Assembly (NCBI GenBank): GCA_038245295.1
Contig: JBBRSP010000013.1
Coordinates: forward strand, 64,001 to 128,000
Direction of reading: 5' to 3'
Origin: Candidatus Binatia bacterium
GTDB lineage: Bacteria; Desulfobacterota; Binatia; HRBIN30
Length of the DNA: 64,000 nt
Position 1 is the stretch's first letter. Each line of letters starts with the position of its first letter. Under the pieces are notes generated by a model. It had not been told where the DNA came from, made no database searches, and saw only the letters and a list, made by a program, of their open reading frames with translations. Below are positions 50,351-59,917 of this stretch, piece by piece. Both the position numbers and the translations under genes were made by a program.

Positions 50351-52891
50351 CTATTCTGCTGCGGAACTTTGCTGGGCGGGGTCGGCGCGGATCCGGCGCC
50401 CGTCCCGCACCGTTTGCTCACGCTGCCATTGCAGCCGCACGGTGGTCAGGTACCGGTCGATCTCGAGATGTACCGCCCCGTTGCGGATGGGCAGCGCAGC
50501 GAGGTTGCGTTCGTTGCTGTCGGCTAGCCAGGCCCTACGGATCTCGACACCCAACTCGTCTGCCAGGGCGAGCGCGGTCGTTCGTGGCACTCCGCCGGCT
50601 CCCCAATTGCGGAGCCGCACCACGATCCCGTCGCCCCGGTGCGCTGGTTTGACGGCGATGACTTCAACGAGGCAATCGTCCACCCGCGCGATCCAGCGTG
50701 GCTCGGGGCGACCTGCGGTTCGATCGACACACGATTGTAACGCGCGCCCCGCCTCGATCAGCGCCGCCTGGTCCGCATGCTCGAGCCATCGCAATGCGAT
50801 GTCGGTAATCTGTGTGCCGCGCTCGTGCCCCCTGGCGGGCGCCAGCACGGGCACGAATCCGAATGCGACCTCCTTGGTAGCCGTCCGTGCCACCACGATC
50901 TCGACGAGCCCGGCGACGGTGGCGTGCAGCGCCGTCGGCACAGCGGCGGCGAATACCAGCCCGGCGGCTGCTTGAGCAGCGTCCTGCAGCGCTGCAGCAA
51001 AGGAGTGAAGCGGCCAGAACGTCGGCTCGTACCAGCGTTGGAGTGGCCGGGTGACCACGCCTCCTGGCTGGTGCATCAGTAGGGACGAGATGGAGGAACG
51101 TTGGTGGATCGAAAGCGTGACGGTGCGCCGGTCGGGTGCCTCGATCGAAGTGGTCACCACGATGTTCGGGTGGTGGGCCGACAGCTCCACCGATACTTGG
51201 GTTTCGCGGTTATCCAGTGCGCCCAGGACAGTGAGGTGAGCCCCCTCATCGCGGCAGGAGACCGTGATCCGCGCCGGATGGTGAATGGAGCGATCCGCGA
51301 CGGCAAAGCGACCGCCCCAGAACTCACTACCCATGCGCCAGAGCCCGCCGCTCTCCATATAGCTCACCAACTCGAGGCTGGGCGCCGCGAGCAGCTCATT
51401 CCCCGCCGCGTCCTCGAGGCTCACCAGCGTGCCACCACGCGCCTCGTCGAATACGGCAGTCAGCCATTTTGTCGTCACCTGTACGACCGAGCCCTCACGC
51501 GTAAAGGACGGCAGAGAATCGGATCTCCGATCGTTCGCGTCGCAACGGGTGATGGCGACGCCGGCGAAACGATCGCCGGTGGTGGCGCCCCCTGGCGGAC
51601 TGGCCAGAGCAGCCCGCAGCCAGGGCCACTGTTCGCCGTTCGTGACCCGATCGGGCGCCGTGCCGGTGATGAAGTCATGGTGGTTCGAGGTCACCGCGGT
51701 CCACCAGGCCGCCGTCTCCCCGGACGCCGGCAGCGACGGCGAGGTCGGCCCACCCGGCGCTACCAAATTGCGGGCTCGTTCATTGTCGGCGGCTACGAGG
51801 TGGCGGCTGAGATCCCTGCAGGCGCGCTTCAGGCCGGGTCGAGACGCGTAGAAACCCATCCAATATGGATTGGGATCCAGGCGGAGCGTCGGCAGCGCGG
51901 CGCGGTGGTGCGCAACCAGATCGAGGTAGTCGTCGAGCCCTGCATTCACGACCCACACGCCCTGGCGTTCGTAGGTGGCCTGGTTGAAGCGGTCCAGCAG
52001 CTCGACGAGACGCGGGATGGGTCTCACGAAATCGGATCCGATCGCCAGCAAGAGATAGGGGGTGCGGGCTAGTCGTGACAGCTCCTCGATGTACCCCTCG
52101 ATACGGGTGGCAACGCGATGCTCGCGCCGGTCGGGCCAGGCAGCGGGAAGACCCAAGACCCGGCTCAGCCCGCCGCTGGCGATGAGATCGCCATGCCCGT
52201 AGCCGTAGGCGTGCCAGTGGGTGAGCACCTCACTGCCATCGGGACCGCACCAGATGAAGTCGGCGGTCTTTTCGGCAGTGAGCTTTGCAGCGCTTGTCCC
52301 CGGTCGCGGAAAGTTGGCCGCCGACTCCCACTCGGCGGCGGGGAATCGCATGCCGTCGATGCGACATATCGCGGCGTAGGGCACGCCGGCGGCACTGAGG
52401 AGCGAAGGGATGCCGGGCGAGTGACCGAAGCTGTCGGGCAGGTAAAGCGTCCGAGGCTCCTGGTTCATTCCCCGCGATCGGAGCCACTCCTGGCCGATCA
52501 GAAGGTCACGCAGAAGACACTCGTCCTCGGGAAGCAACGTATCAGGTGTGGTCACCCCGCTGCCGGTGAAGCGCAGGCGCCCTTCATTCACGAGCTGTCG
52601 AAAGATCGAGCGCTGCTGCGGACATCTCTCCCAGTACATGTCTGGGAAGAAGGCGCACTCCAGGCTGAAGACGCGACGCGGTTCCAGCAGCAGCTCCGCG
52701 ATGGCCCGATCGAGGGTGCGGCGCACGCAGAAGCGGAAGTACTGCCGAGACGTCAACAGCCAGTCGGGATCCCAGTGCGAGGACTCGGTCACCACCATCA
52801 CTTGGACAGCATCCAGGGGTACACCCAGACGCTGGCGGAGGTCAGTCTCGCTCGGCACCGAGCCTGTCAACGCCGACCCGGTCGTCGTCAT
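50351..52891 (-). CDS. Glycoside hydrolase family 38 (alpha-mannosidase-like)
   Basis: SHWDPDW zinc motif, PDSFGHS nucleophile motif, Y.G.Y.SR, HHDFITGT; no signal peptide seen. Confidence 0.8.
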   Translation of the reverse strand: MTTTGSALTGSVPSETDLRQRLGVPLDAVQVMVVTESSHWDPDWLLTSRQYFRFCVRRTLDRAIAELLLEPRRVFSLECAFFPDMYWERCPQQRSIFRQLVNEGRLRFTGSGVTTPDTLLPEDECLLRDLLIGQEWLRSRGMNQEPRTLYLPDSFGHSPGIPSLLSAAGVPYAAICRIDGMRFPAAEWESAANFPRPGTSAAKLTAEKTADFIWCGPDGSEVLTHWHAYGYGHGDLIASGGLSRVLGLPAAWPDRREHRVATRIEGYIEELSRLARTPYLLLAIGSDFVRPIPRLVELLDRFNQATYERQGVWVVNAGLDDYLDLVAHHRAALPTLRLDPNPYWMGFYASRPGLKRACRDLSRHLVAADNERARNLVAPGGPTSPSLPASGETAAWWTAVTSNHHDFITGTAPDRVTNGEQWPWLRAALASPPGGATTGDRFAGVAITRCDANDRRSDSLPSFTREGSVVQVTTKWLTAVFDEARGGTLVSLEDAAGNELLAAPSLELVSYMESGGLWRMGSEFWGGRFAVADRSIHHPARITVSCRDEGAHLTVLGALDNRETQVSVELSAHHPNIVVTTSIEAPDRRTVTLSIHQRSSISSLLMHQPGGVVTRPLQRWYEPTFWPLHSFAAALQDAAQAAAGLVFAAAVPTALHATVAGLVEIVVARTATKEVAFGFVPVLAPARGHERGTQITDIALRWLEHADQAALIEAGRALQSCVDRTAGRPEPRWIARVDDCLVEVIAVKPAHRGDGIVVRLRNWGAGGVPRTTALALADELGVEIRRAWLADSNERNLAALPIRNGAVHLEIDRYLTTVRLQWQREQTVRDGRRIRADPAQQSSAAE

Positions 52892-52913
52892 TCGGCGGGC
52901 GTCGGGTTGCTCA

Positions 52914-53504
52914 TCACCACTTCCATCCCTCTCCTCCGGATAGCAGGTGAGCCGCAACCGCGACCCCCCCCACACCCAGTACCACGTGAAACGCGGTCGA
53001 CAGCAACAGCCCGACGACGGTCGAGAGTAGATACGCGTGCGCCGGGACCTGCGCCGCCCCTGCAAAGAGGTCGACCAACGGGTTCGCTCCGAGCAAAAGC
53101 CGCAGGGCGAGGATGGTCGAGACCGGGTGGGCCCGTACGCGATCCTCCCACCGCCGGATCGAGACGGGAATGCGAGCGTTTTGCCAACCCTGGTCCAACC
53201 TGCGTGCCGCCGCGTAGGTGACCACGCTGGCGAGTAGTGCGGCGGCGAAGGAGTACGCGAAGGCGAGCGGTAGAGGCCAGACCGCGGTGGCTGCCCAAAC
53301 CACCGGTGCCATCATCAGCAGCGCGAACATGCCGACTGCCAGGGCGATGAACAGAAGCGGCCCCCACAGCCCTGCCGCGGCGATCCGTGCGTGGATCACG
53401 GCGGGATCGGTGAAGGTAGAACTCGCGTCGTAGCTCCATCCGATCACCAGGAGTGCGGCCAAGATCGCCAAGATCGCGACGGTCGCGATGGATGATTTCT
53501 TCAT
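52914..53504 (-). CDS. VTT domain (TVP38/TMEM64, DedA superfamily) membrane protein
   Basis: Hydrophobic, GLWGPLLFI, LRLL, YLLSTVVG pattern; GGAGG RBS. Confidence 0.75.
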   Translation of the reverse strand: MKKSSIATVAILAILAALLVIGWSYDASSTFTDPAVIHARIAAAGLWGPLLFIALAVGMFALLMMAPVVWAATAVWPLPLAFAYSFAAALLASVVTYAAARRLDQGWQNARIPVSIRRWEDRVRAHPVSTILALRLLLGANPLVDLFAGAAQVPAHAYLLSTVVGLLLSTAFHVVLGVGGVAVAAHLLSGGEGWKW

Positions 53505-53552
53505 GGGGAACGCCTCCCGACTGGTAGGCGATCACACGCCAACGCGCGCGGC

Positions 53553-54068
53553 TCAAATGGCGAGCAATCGATCCGCCTCCACGTCATATCCCGCACGGCA
53601 GAGTGCGCGGGCCACCGCCGGCATGACTTTCGGCCCGTTGTTACAGGGGCTCGTCGGCACGTCCGGTGTGGCACGCAGCTGTTCCAACAGGTCCGAGGAA
53701 ACGCCAACTGCCAGCCGGTCGCAGACCGCGTACATCCCCTCCGATCCTTCCTCCACCATGTTGTGGCGCAACAAGATCGCCCGAAGCGTCTCCACGATGC
53801 GCGGAGCGGGTGACGGCACGAGAAGCGCCGCGATCGCGCCGTGATCGAGACGAAGTCGGCTCGCAATGGGAAGCGCTTCGCCGCCCCGTAGTCGCGCTGC
53901 CGCCGGAAGCAGGATCTTCTCTTCCATGCCGATGTGCTTGAGCAACCCAGCGCGAAAGAGACTGTATCCGTCCAAGTCGACGTGCTCTGGATCCGCAACC
54001 GCCTTGCAGAGCAGCCCGTCCAATCGTTCGTGATCGTTCGTGAGAAAGGTTTCGATCGGTCCCTTCAT
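53553..54068 (-). CDS. Hemerythrin (HHE) domain protein
   Basis: DH, HIGMEEKILLP, DH and HNMVEE ligand pattern. Confidence 0.85.
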   Translation of the reverse strand: MKGPIETFLTNDHERLDGLLCKAVADPEHVDLDGYSLFRAGLLKHIGMEEKILLPAAARLRGGEALPIASRLRLDHGAIAALLVPSPAPRIVETLRAILLRHNMVEEGSEGMYAVCDRLAVGVSSDLLEQLRATPDVPTSPCNNGPKVMPAVARALCRAGYDVEADRLLAI

Positions 54069-54142
54069 GCTTCCTCACACACTCGAGAGACGGCGCAACC
54101 GGCAGTCCTCGGTCGTTGCGGCATCAGCCACGTGACGATCGG

Positions 54143-54835
54143 TCATTTGGGCCTCTTCGCCGTAGGGTCGTTGGGTGCTTCTCGGAAAATGGGTCGAGTG
54201 TCTACCGGCGCGGCGCGGGGCGCCCATAGCGGATAGTCGATTCCGGCGAGCCGGTTGATGACGAACCCTTGCACAACGAGCAGCACCACCGCGAGCATGA
54301 GCACGGCGAGTTGCCACGGCTCGCGAAGAATTCCGAGTGAGACGATCAGGGTCGTCGCACCCGCGGGCGGGTGTGGCACCCTGAGCCACACCATCGCGCC
54401 GCTGGTGAGGCCGAGTGACAGCGCGGCGGCGGCGACATTGGTCCACTGCACGCCTGAGGCAAGGGCGGGGCCGTGTTGGGTGAGCCCGAAGGCGAACAGG
54501 GCGAGGTAGCCGGCCAGCACGCCGATCAGATGGCCGCCGAGCGTGTTGCGTGGCGACGCCGCAGGTTGCGTCGGCGTGTAGAAGAGCAGGAATGCGGTCG
54601 GCCCGAGGGATGGAAAAATAAATGGTGCGCCCGTGATCAGTGCGGCCATTGCCATCAACCCAATGGAGATGATGCCGTTCAGCAGGGCAAACAGTCCGAG
54701 CACCCCAATCTTTGAATGTCGGGCTTGCAGCGCGGGCAGCTGCAAGCGACGCGCCACACCCCAGAGCACGGCGGCCATATCTCCGCCGATCGGCCCGGGG
54801 CGCTGCGCCGCTTCGTTTTCGGGTTCGTGCGCCAT
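54143..54835 (-). CDS. HPP family membrane protein (nitrite transporter family)
   Basis: PSLGPT, SPRN..GGH and HPPAGAT motifs; TGATG-coupled to the upstream gene. Confidence 0.9.
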   Translation of the reverse strand: MAHEPENEAAQRPGPIGGDMAAVLWGVARRLQLPALQARHSKIGVLGLFALLNGIISIGLMAMAALITGAPFIFPSLGPTAFLLFYTPTQPAASPRNTLGGHLIGVLAGYLALFAFGLTQHGPALASGVQWTNVAAAALSLGLTSGAMVWLRVPHPPAGATTLIVSLGILREPWQLAVLMLAVVLLVVQGFVINRLAGIDYPLWAPRAAPVDTRPIFREAPNDPTAKRPK

Positions 54836-55026
54836 CAACGCAGATACCGGTAGAACGCGGCCGATCCAGCCGCCAGCACCACCGACAACGCGGCCGACGT
54901 CCACGCGAGACCGCTGTCGTGAGCGTGCAGCGCATCGAGCCCGACCGTTAGCAAAAAGATCTGCAGCGCCAGCAAGACGACAACGAAGGTTCCGATCGCT
55001 GACGATACCTCACGCGGCCGCGCCAT
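54835..55026 (-). CDS. Small two-TM membrane protein (DUF6755-like)
   Basis: 63 aa, LQIFLLTVGLDA motif; start and stop both overlap neighbouring genes. Confidence 0.7.
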   Translation of the reverse strand: MARPREVSSAIGTFVVVLLALQIFLLTVGLDALHAHDSGLAWTSAALSVVLAAGSAAFYRYLR

Positions 55027-55523
55027 CAGGCGGCCCCCGGGCCGAGCGCCCACACCAGCCCGTCGGGCCGTTCCTCGATGTCGATCCGCCCGAGCGGACG
55101 CTGCGGCGGCCCGGCGACGACTGAGCCGGTCCGCGCATCAAACAGGCCATCGTGACACGGGCAAAGCATCTGCTCCATTGCAGGGCTCCAAGTCACCACG
55201 CAGCCGAGGTGTGTGCACTTCTGACTGAAGGCGCGCAGCTCGCCGCCCTGCAGCCGGACCAGAATGGCCGGATCATCGTTCGTCGGATACCGGAACAGAT
55301 AGGCCGCGCCGGCGGCTACCGCGCTCGCGGCAACGATAGAACGCGGCGCACCGCGGTTGACCGGACGGAGCGACGTCCATGCCGCCACACCCACGCTCGC
55401 CACTGCGAAGACTTCGGAGGCAAGCACGAGGTAGCGCGCGAACTCCCGCCGCGTCACCCAGTCCTCGCCCTCGGATGTGAAGGGGAAATCGAGACGCCAC
55501 TTCGGCACTTTCGCGTCATCCAT
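55026..55523 (-). CDS. Rieske [2Fe-2S] protein with twin-arginine-like motif and TM anchor
   Basis: TRREF plus hydrophobic helix; CTHLGC and CPCHDG boxes; GPP.RPL; GGAGG RBS. Confidence 0.9.
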   Translation of the reverse strand: MDDAKVPKWRLDFPFTSEGEDWVTRREFARYLVLASEVFAVASVGVAAWTSLRPVNRGAPRSIVAASAVAAGAAYLFRYPTNDDPAILVRLQGGELRAFSQKCTHLGCVVTWSPAMEQMLCPCHDGLFDARTGSVVAGPPQRPLGRIDIEERPDGLVWALGPGAA

Positions 55524-56145
55524 GCCCGCCCTCCTCTTCGAGTCCAAAAGGATCGTCTTGCCAGGCGCGGGCCTGACGACCCGCCAGCACGTCGAGCGCA
55601 CCGTCCTCGCGGACAACGGTATAGACCTTCGTGCGCACGGTTTGACGCCCGAAGACAAAGTCGTCGACCGGCACGCCGGTGCGGCTCGCCACGAACTGGT
55701 CGCGCGTACCGAACCACAGCGCCTGGCTCGGGCACACGGAAGCACACATCGGCGCAAGCTCTTGCGACGTGCGGTCGTAGCACATGTCGCACTTCATCAT
55801 CTGATTGAGATCGACCATGAGCTTCGGAACACCGAAGGGACAGGCGAGGACGCAGTTCGCGCAGGCGATGCATCGTGGCTTGAGGGCGGACTGCACGATC
55901 CCGTCTTCATTCTGTTTGATCGCGTCGGCCGGGCATACCTCGGCGCACGTCGGATCCTCGCAATGCATGCACACCATCGGGACTGTTTGCGTGCTCGCAC
56001 CGCGGTCGACAAAATCGAGATGAATCATCGAATGTCCGCGGTGTGTCCCGCACTCGCCGCAGGCGTGCACGCAGGATTGGCAACCGATGCAGCGGCTCTG
56101 ATCGATGACAAAAATCTTCTCGTTTGGATGGGCGAGCCGACTCAC
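55516..56145 (-). CDS. Four-cluster Fe-S subunit (DmsB/NrfC-like)
   Basis: [42 protein letters not shown]...CASVCP. Confidence 0.92.
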   Translation of the reverse strand: MSRLAHPNEKIFVIDQSRCIGCQSCVHACGECGTHRGHSMIHLDFVDRGASTQTVPMVCMHCEDPTCAEVCPADAIKQNEDGIVQSALKPRCIACANCVLACPFGVPKLMVDLNQMMKCDMCYDRTSQELAPMCASVCPSQALWFGTRDQFVASRTGVPVDDFVFGRQTVRTKVYTVVREDGALDVLAGRQARAWQDDPFGLEEEGGHG

Positions 56146-58376
56146 GAACTTCCCCCCGTTTGCAGCGCCAGCTCGCGTGTGTCGTGCACTGCCCCGCCCG
56201 GTCCGATTCGTTCGATGCGCACCGCCGAGACCTTATACTCGGGAATCTTTGAAATGGGGTCGAGGTCGCGATGCGTGAGCTGATTGGCCGCCTGCTTCCC
56301 GGCCCAGTGATAAGGGATGAAGATCGTATCGGGCCGAATTGTCTCTACGACCGCGGCCGGCAAAGTCATCGAGCCGCGGCGCGACGTCACACGGACCATG
56401 TCGCCGTTGCTTATACCGTGACGTGCAGCGAGCACCGGATGCATCTCGCAGAGTGGCTCCGGGTACTGGGCGACCAACGGCCCGATCCGGCGCGTCTGTG
56501 TGCCAGACAGGTACTGACTGACCACGCGTCCCGTCGTGAGCCAGATCGGGAATTCGTCGTCGATCACTTCCGCCGGTGGGCGATAGCGGATCGGGTGAAA
56601 TTTGGCCCGGCCGCTCTGGGTGTAGAAGCGTCCGCCCTCATAGAGGCGAGGCGTACCCGGATGATTCTCGGCTGGGCACGGCCAGAAGACGCCGAGTTCG
56701 TCCTGTACGCGTTGCCATGTGATCCCCGTGTAATCTGCCGTCCCGCCGTGTGACGCCACGCGCAACTCGTTGAAGATCTCTTCGGTGCTCGCGTACGGAA
56801 AGTAGGCCCCCTTCCCGAGCCGCTGGGCAATGTCGAGGAGAATCTGCCAATCGAGCCGAGCATTGCCGGGCGGGCGAACAGCGGCATTGATCTTCACGAC
56901 ACGTCCTTCCACCGTCGTCGACGTGCCTTCGTCCTCCTCGTGCAGAGAGCCGGGAAGAACGATGTCCGCATGGTGAGCCGACTCGGAGAGAAAGAAGTCG
57001 ATGACGGCGTAGAACTCCAGTCGGTCCAGCGCCTCGGCCGTGAAGTTGCTGTCAGGCAAGGAAACGGCGGGATTGAAGCAGATCGAAATCAAGCCCTTGA
57101 TCTCGCCGGCATGGATCGCGTTCATGATCTCTTGCGCGGTCTTGCCCTTGCCGGGAATCTCGGATTCCTCGCAGCCCCATACGGATGCGATATAGGCGCG
57201 GTGCTCGGGATTAGTGATGTCGCGATTGCCGGGGAGTTGATCGCATTTGTGCCCGTGCTCACGACCACCCTGTCCGTTACCCTGGCCGGTAATCGTCGTC
57301 ACGCCGCAGCCGGGCTTGCCGAACTTCCCGGTCGCCAGGCCCAGATTTATGCAGGACAGAACGTTCTCAACACCCTTGGTGTGGTGCTCGATCCCGCGCG
57401 CGTGCATCAGCATGCCGGTTTTCGACGTGCCCCACAGCTCGGCGGCCTGCTCGATCCGCTTCGCCGGAACGCCGGTCACGCGGGCCCCCCACGCGGGCGT
57501 GTACTCGCGCACGGCCTCAGCCGCCGCGGCGAAGTCTTCGGTGTGCTGATCGATGAATTCATGATCAAGCCAATCGCGTTCGATGAGGATGTGAAGAATC
57601 GTGCCCATGAGCGCCGAGTCCGTGCCGGGACGAAGGCCGAGAAATACGTCGGCCGTGCGGGCGAGCGGCGTTACGCGAGGATCGGCGACGATGAGCTTCG
57701 CGCCGCGATCGCGCGCCTGCCAGATATAACTGGTGGTGATTGGAGCACACTCTGCAACGTTGGCGCCCGCCACGAAGACGACGTCGGCGAGGGGAATGTC
57801 GCTCCATGGGTTGCTCGCTCGGTCGATACCGAGCGCTTTCTTGTTTGCGGCTCCGGCCGAGACCATGCAGAGTCGGCCGTTGTAATCCAGATTGGCCGTG
57901 CCCAGAGCCAATCGAGCAAACTTGCCAACCAGGTAGGACTTCTCGTTCGTCAGCGAAACACCCGAGAGCATGGCGAACGCATCCGGACCATGGGCGGCCT
58001 GGATGCGGCGGATCTCGGCGACGACACGATCGAGCGCCGCGTTCCAGCCGATCGTCCGAAAGCCGCCGGGCGCGTCCGGGGCACGCTCGAGCGGCTCGAT
58101 CAGACGATCGGGATGGTTTCCTTGCAGATACCGTTTGACGCCCTTGGGACAGAGCTTGCCTTCGTTGAACGGAAACTCGTACCAGGGCTCGAACCCGACC
58201 ACGCGCTCGTCGCTCACCTTGAGGATGATGCCGCACTGCTGTCCGCAAAAGCAGCAATGCGTCTTCACCTCGCGATCGATCACGAGCCCCTCGTTCCAAC
58301 CGCCCGGCGGTGTCTCGTTGAGATGGGGACCGTAGCGGGCGATGAGCCCCGCTTCGCTCAGCGGCGGTTTCGCCAT
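56142..58376 (-). CDS. Molybdopterin oxidoreductase catalytic subunit, NasA/NapA/FdhF group, cytoplasmic
   Basis: CCFCGQQC...LCPKG FS0 cluster, NGRLCMVSA Mo-ligand Cys, [13 protein letters not shown]; no Tat signal. Confidence 0.92.
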   Translation of the reverse strand: MAKPPLSEAGLIARYGPHLNETPPGGWNEGLVIDREVKTHCCFCGQQCGIILKVSDERVVGFEPWYEFPFNEGKLCPKGVKRYLQGNHPDRLIEPLERAPDAPGGFRTIGWNAALDRVVAEIRRIQAAHGPDAFAMLSGVSLTNEKSYLVGKFARLALGTANLDYNGRLCMVSAGAANKKALGIDRASNPWSDIPLADVVFVAGANVAECAPITTSYIWQARDRGAKLIVADPRVTPLARTADVFLGLRPGTDSALMGTILHILIERDWLDHEFIDQHTEDFAAAAEAVREYTPAWGARVTGVPAKRIEQAAELWGTSKTGMLMHARGIEHHTKGVENVLSCINLGLATGKFGKPGCGVTTITGQGNGQGGREHGHKCDQLPGNRDITNPEHRAYIASVWGCEESEIPGKGKTAQEIMNAIHAGEIKGLISICFNPAVSLPDSNFTAEALDRLEFYAVIDFFLSESAHHADIVLPGSLHEEDEGTSTTVEGRVVKINAAVRPPGNARLDWQILLDIAQRLGKGAYFPYASTEEIFNELRVASHGGTADYTGITWQRVQDELGVFWPCPAENHPGTPRLYEGGRFYTQSGRAKFHPIRYRPPAEVIDDEFPIWLTTGRVVSQYLSGTQTRRIGPLVAQYPEPLCEMHPVLAARHGISNGDMVRVTSRRGSMTLPAAVVETIRPDTIFIPYHWAGKQAANQLTHRDLDPISKIPEYKVSAVRIERIGPGGAVHDTRELALQTGGSS

Positions 58377-59413
58377 CAGCCGAACCCTCCAACGCGTTGC
58401 GTCTGCGCGAGCGCGACCAGCCGCCGGCGGCAAAGTGGGCAGATATCCTGATAGTGACCGCCTCCCGCAAGTTCATAGTGGAAACCGACCTGCGGGAGGA
58501 CGTCCTTGAGGTCGCCGATTTGCAGCACGGAGGCGAATGCGACGCCGCACTCGCTGCAGTGCTGTGCCGGCCCTTCGGCGCCGGCCTGCACGTAGAACTG
58601 AACACCGAGATTCGCGGGGCGTTGAAAGATGTGGAAGAGTTTACCGAAGGGCAGATACATCAATCCGATGATCACGGTGAGGGCGTGAACCGTGGTGAGG
58701 AACGTGTAGAAGCGACCGCCCATCCAGAGCGTCGAAGCGGTGAGCATCAGGCCGGTAACGGAAACGGCGAAGAGTCCGGCCAGGGCGAGGAAGTCGCTGG
58801 CTCGCTCGACCGCAAGCGCTCCCGGGTCGCGTACGCGGCGACCGAGAAAGAGAAAGACACCGGCCAGCACGAGGAACGCGGCGATATCAAGGGCGTGAAA
58901 CATCAGCCAGCCGACGAAGCTGTGAGAATCGAATGCGAGGGTGCCGATGTGGGCGACGAAAGCGCGGTACTGGTCTGGGTCCTGGCCGACCGATTCGAAG
59001 TGGAGCCAGCCGAATACCAGGGGAAAGGTGACAAGGGAGGCCAGCATGCAACCCCAGAAGACGAGCTGATGCGCGATCCAGCGCGAAGTGGAACGGTGGC
59101 GGATGAAGGTCTGGCCGGCGAGGTTCGTCGCCACCAACCCGACCAACCGCGCCAAGTTCCGCAGACCACCGGAGCGGAAGGCTTCCCACCCACGGCGATT
59201 AAGGCGCGCGGTTGGCGGACGCTGCAGCCAGACGCTGTAGCGGTAGGCGATCCCGAAAATCGCGAACAACGTCCCCAGCAAATACCCGGCAAGTGCCGCG
59301 TCGAACCACCGCAGCCCGCCGCTACCGAGCGCTCCGAGCGCGAGAGCGACCACGACGGCAAGCAGTCCCCACAGGACCCCCCTACGGTCCAATGACAGAT
59401 CCGACGTCTTCAT
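58376..59413 (-). CDS. NarI/DsrM-like membrane cytochrome b with C-terminal CxxC...CxxC tail
   Basis: About 6 TM helices; [13 protein letters not shown] and H-x17-H (HALT...PFGKLFH); CSECG and CPLCR. Confidence 0.7.
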   Translation of the reverse strand: MKTSDLSLDRRGVLWGLLAVVVALALGALGSGGLRWFDAALAGYLLGTLFAIFGIAYRYSVWLQRPPTARLNRRGWEAFRSGGLRNLARLVGLVATNLAGQTFIRHRSTSRWIAHQLVFWGCMLASLVTFPLVFGWLHFESVGQDPDQYRAFVAHIGTLAFDSHSFVGWLMFHALDIAAFLVLAGVFLFLGRRVRDPGALAVERASDFLALAGLFAVSVTGLMLTASTLWMGGRFYTFLTTVHALTVIIGLMYLPFGKLFHIFQRPANLGVQFYVQAGAEGPAQHCSECGVAFASVLQIGDLKDVLPQVGFHYELAGGGHYQDICPLCRRRLVALAQTQRVGGFG

Positions 59414-59483
59414 TTCTTGATTCCCGCCACTCCGCTAGGTTCCTTGCACAGTTCAGCGGCTAGTCCAACAATGGTGCCGAGAG

Positions 59484-59682
59484 CTAGCGTCGGCGCAGCC
59501 GGTCGCCTGAGGCATCGTTCCAGGGAATGCCGGTATCGTGAACCTTTCCGTCCTGGTGCCTGACCAGTGATGCGTAACCGAGCCGACGCGTGCGCCTGCA
59601 CGACGGGACGAGGCCCGCAGGGAAGCGCATCGGCGCATTCGCGGCACGCGCGTATCTTCGCGAGCAGGTGCGGCAAGGTCAT
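59484..59682 (-). pseudogene. Uracil-DNA glycosylase family fragment, frameshifted and truncated
   Basis: IRACRECADALPCGPRPV...GQAPGRK, then one extra base, continuing VHDTGIPWNDASGDRLR before a TAG stop. Confidence 0.8.
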
Positions 59683-59771
59683 TCGGATATCCACGCAGTA
59701 AAATAGCGATTGAACAACTACAGTAGCGCACCCTGCTCTAGCGGATAGGCAATTTGCACCCCCTCCACCCG

Positions 59772-59916
59772 CGCGAACTGTGCGGATGTCCACGAGCCGT
59801 TCGATACCGTAGACCTCAAGCAACGCGATGAAGCGCTGGATCGGCAAGGTGGAATGCCCAAGCGTGAAAACCGCATGTTCCGGCCATTGCGTTTCCTGAG
59901 AAGGATGCTCGCTCAT
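59772..59916 (-). pseudogene. DUF488 family N-terminal fragment
   Basis: VFTLGHSTLPIQRFIALLEVYGIERLVDIRTV, after which similarity is lost. Confidence 0.7.
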
Positions 59917-59917
59917 C

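Noticed and set aside
56142..58376. Selenocysteine formate dehydrogenase or NarG call
   Set aside because: No in-frame TGA; the ligand is followed by Met (RLCM) rather than His as in FDH; too short and wrong motifs for NarG
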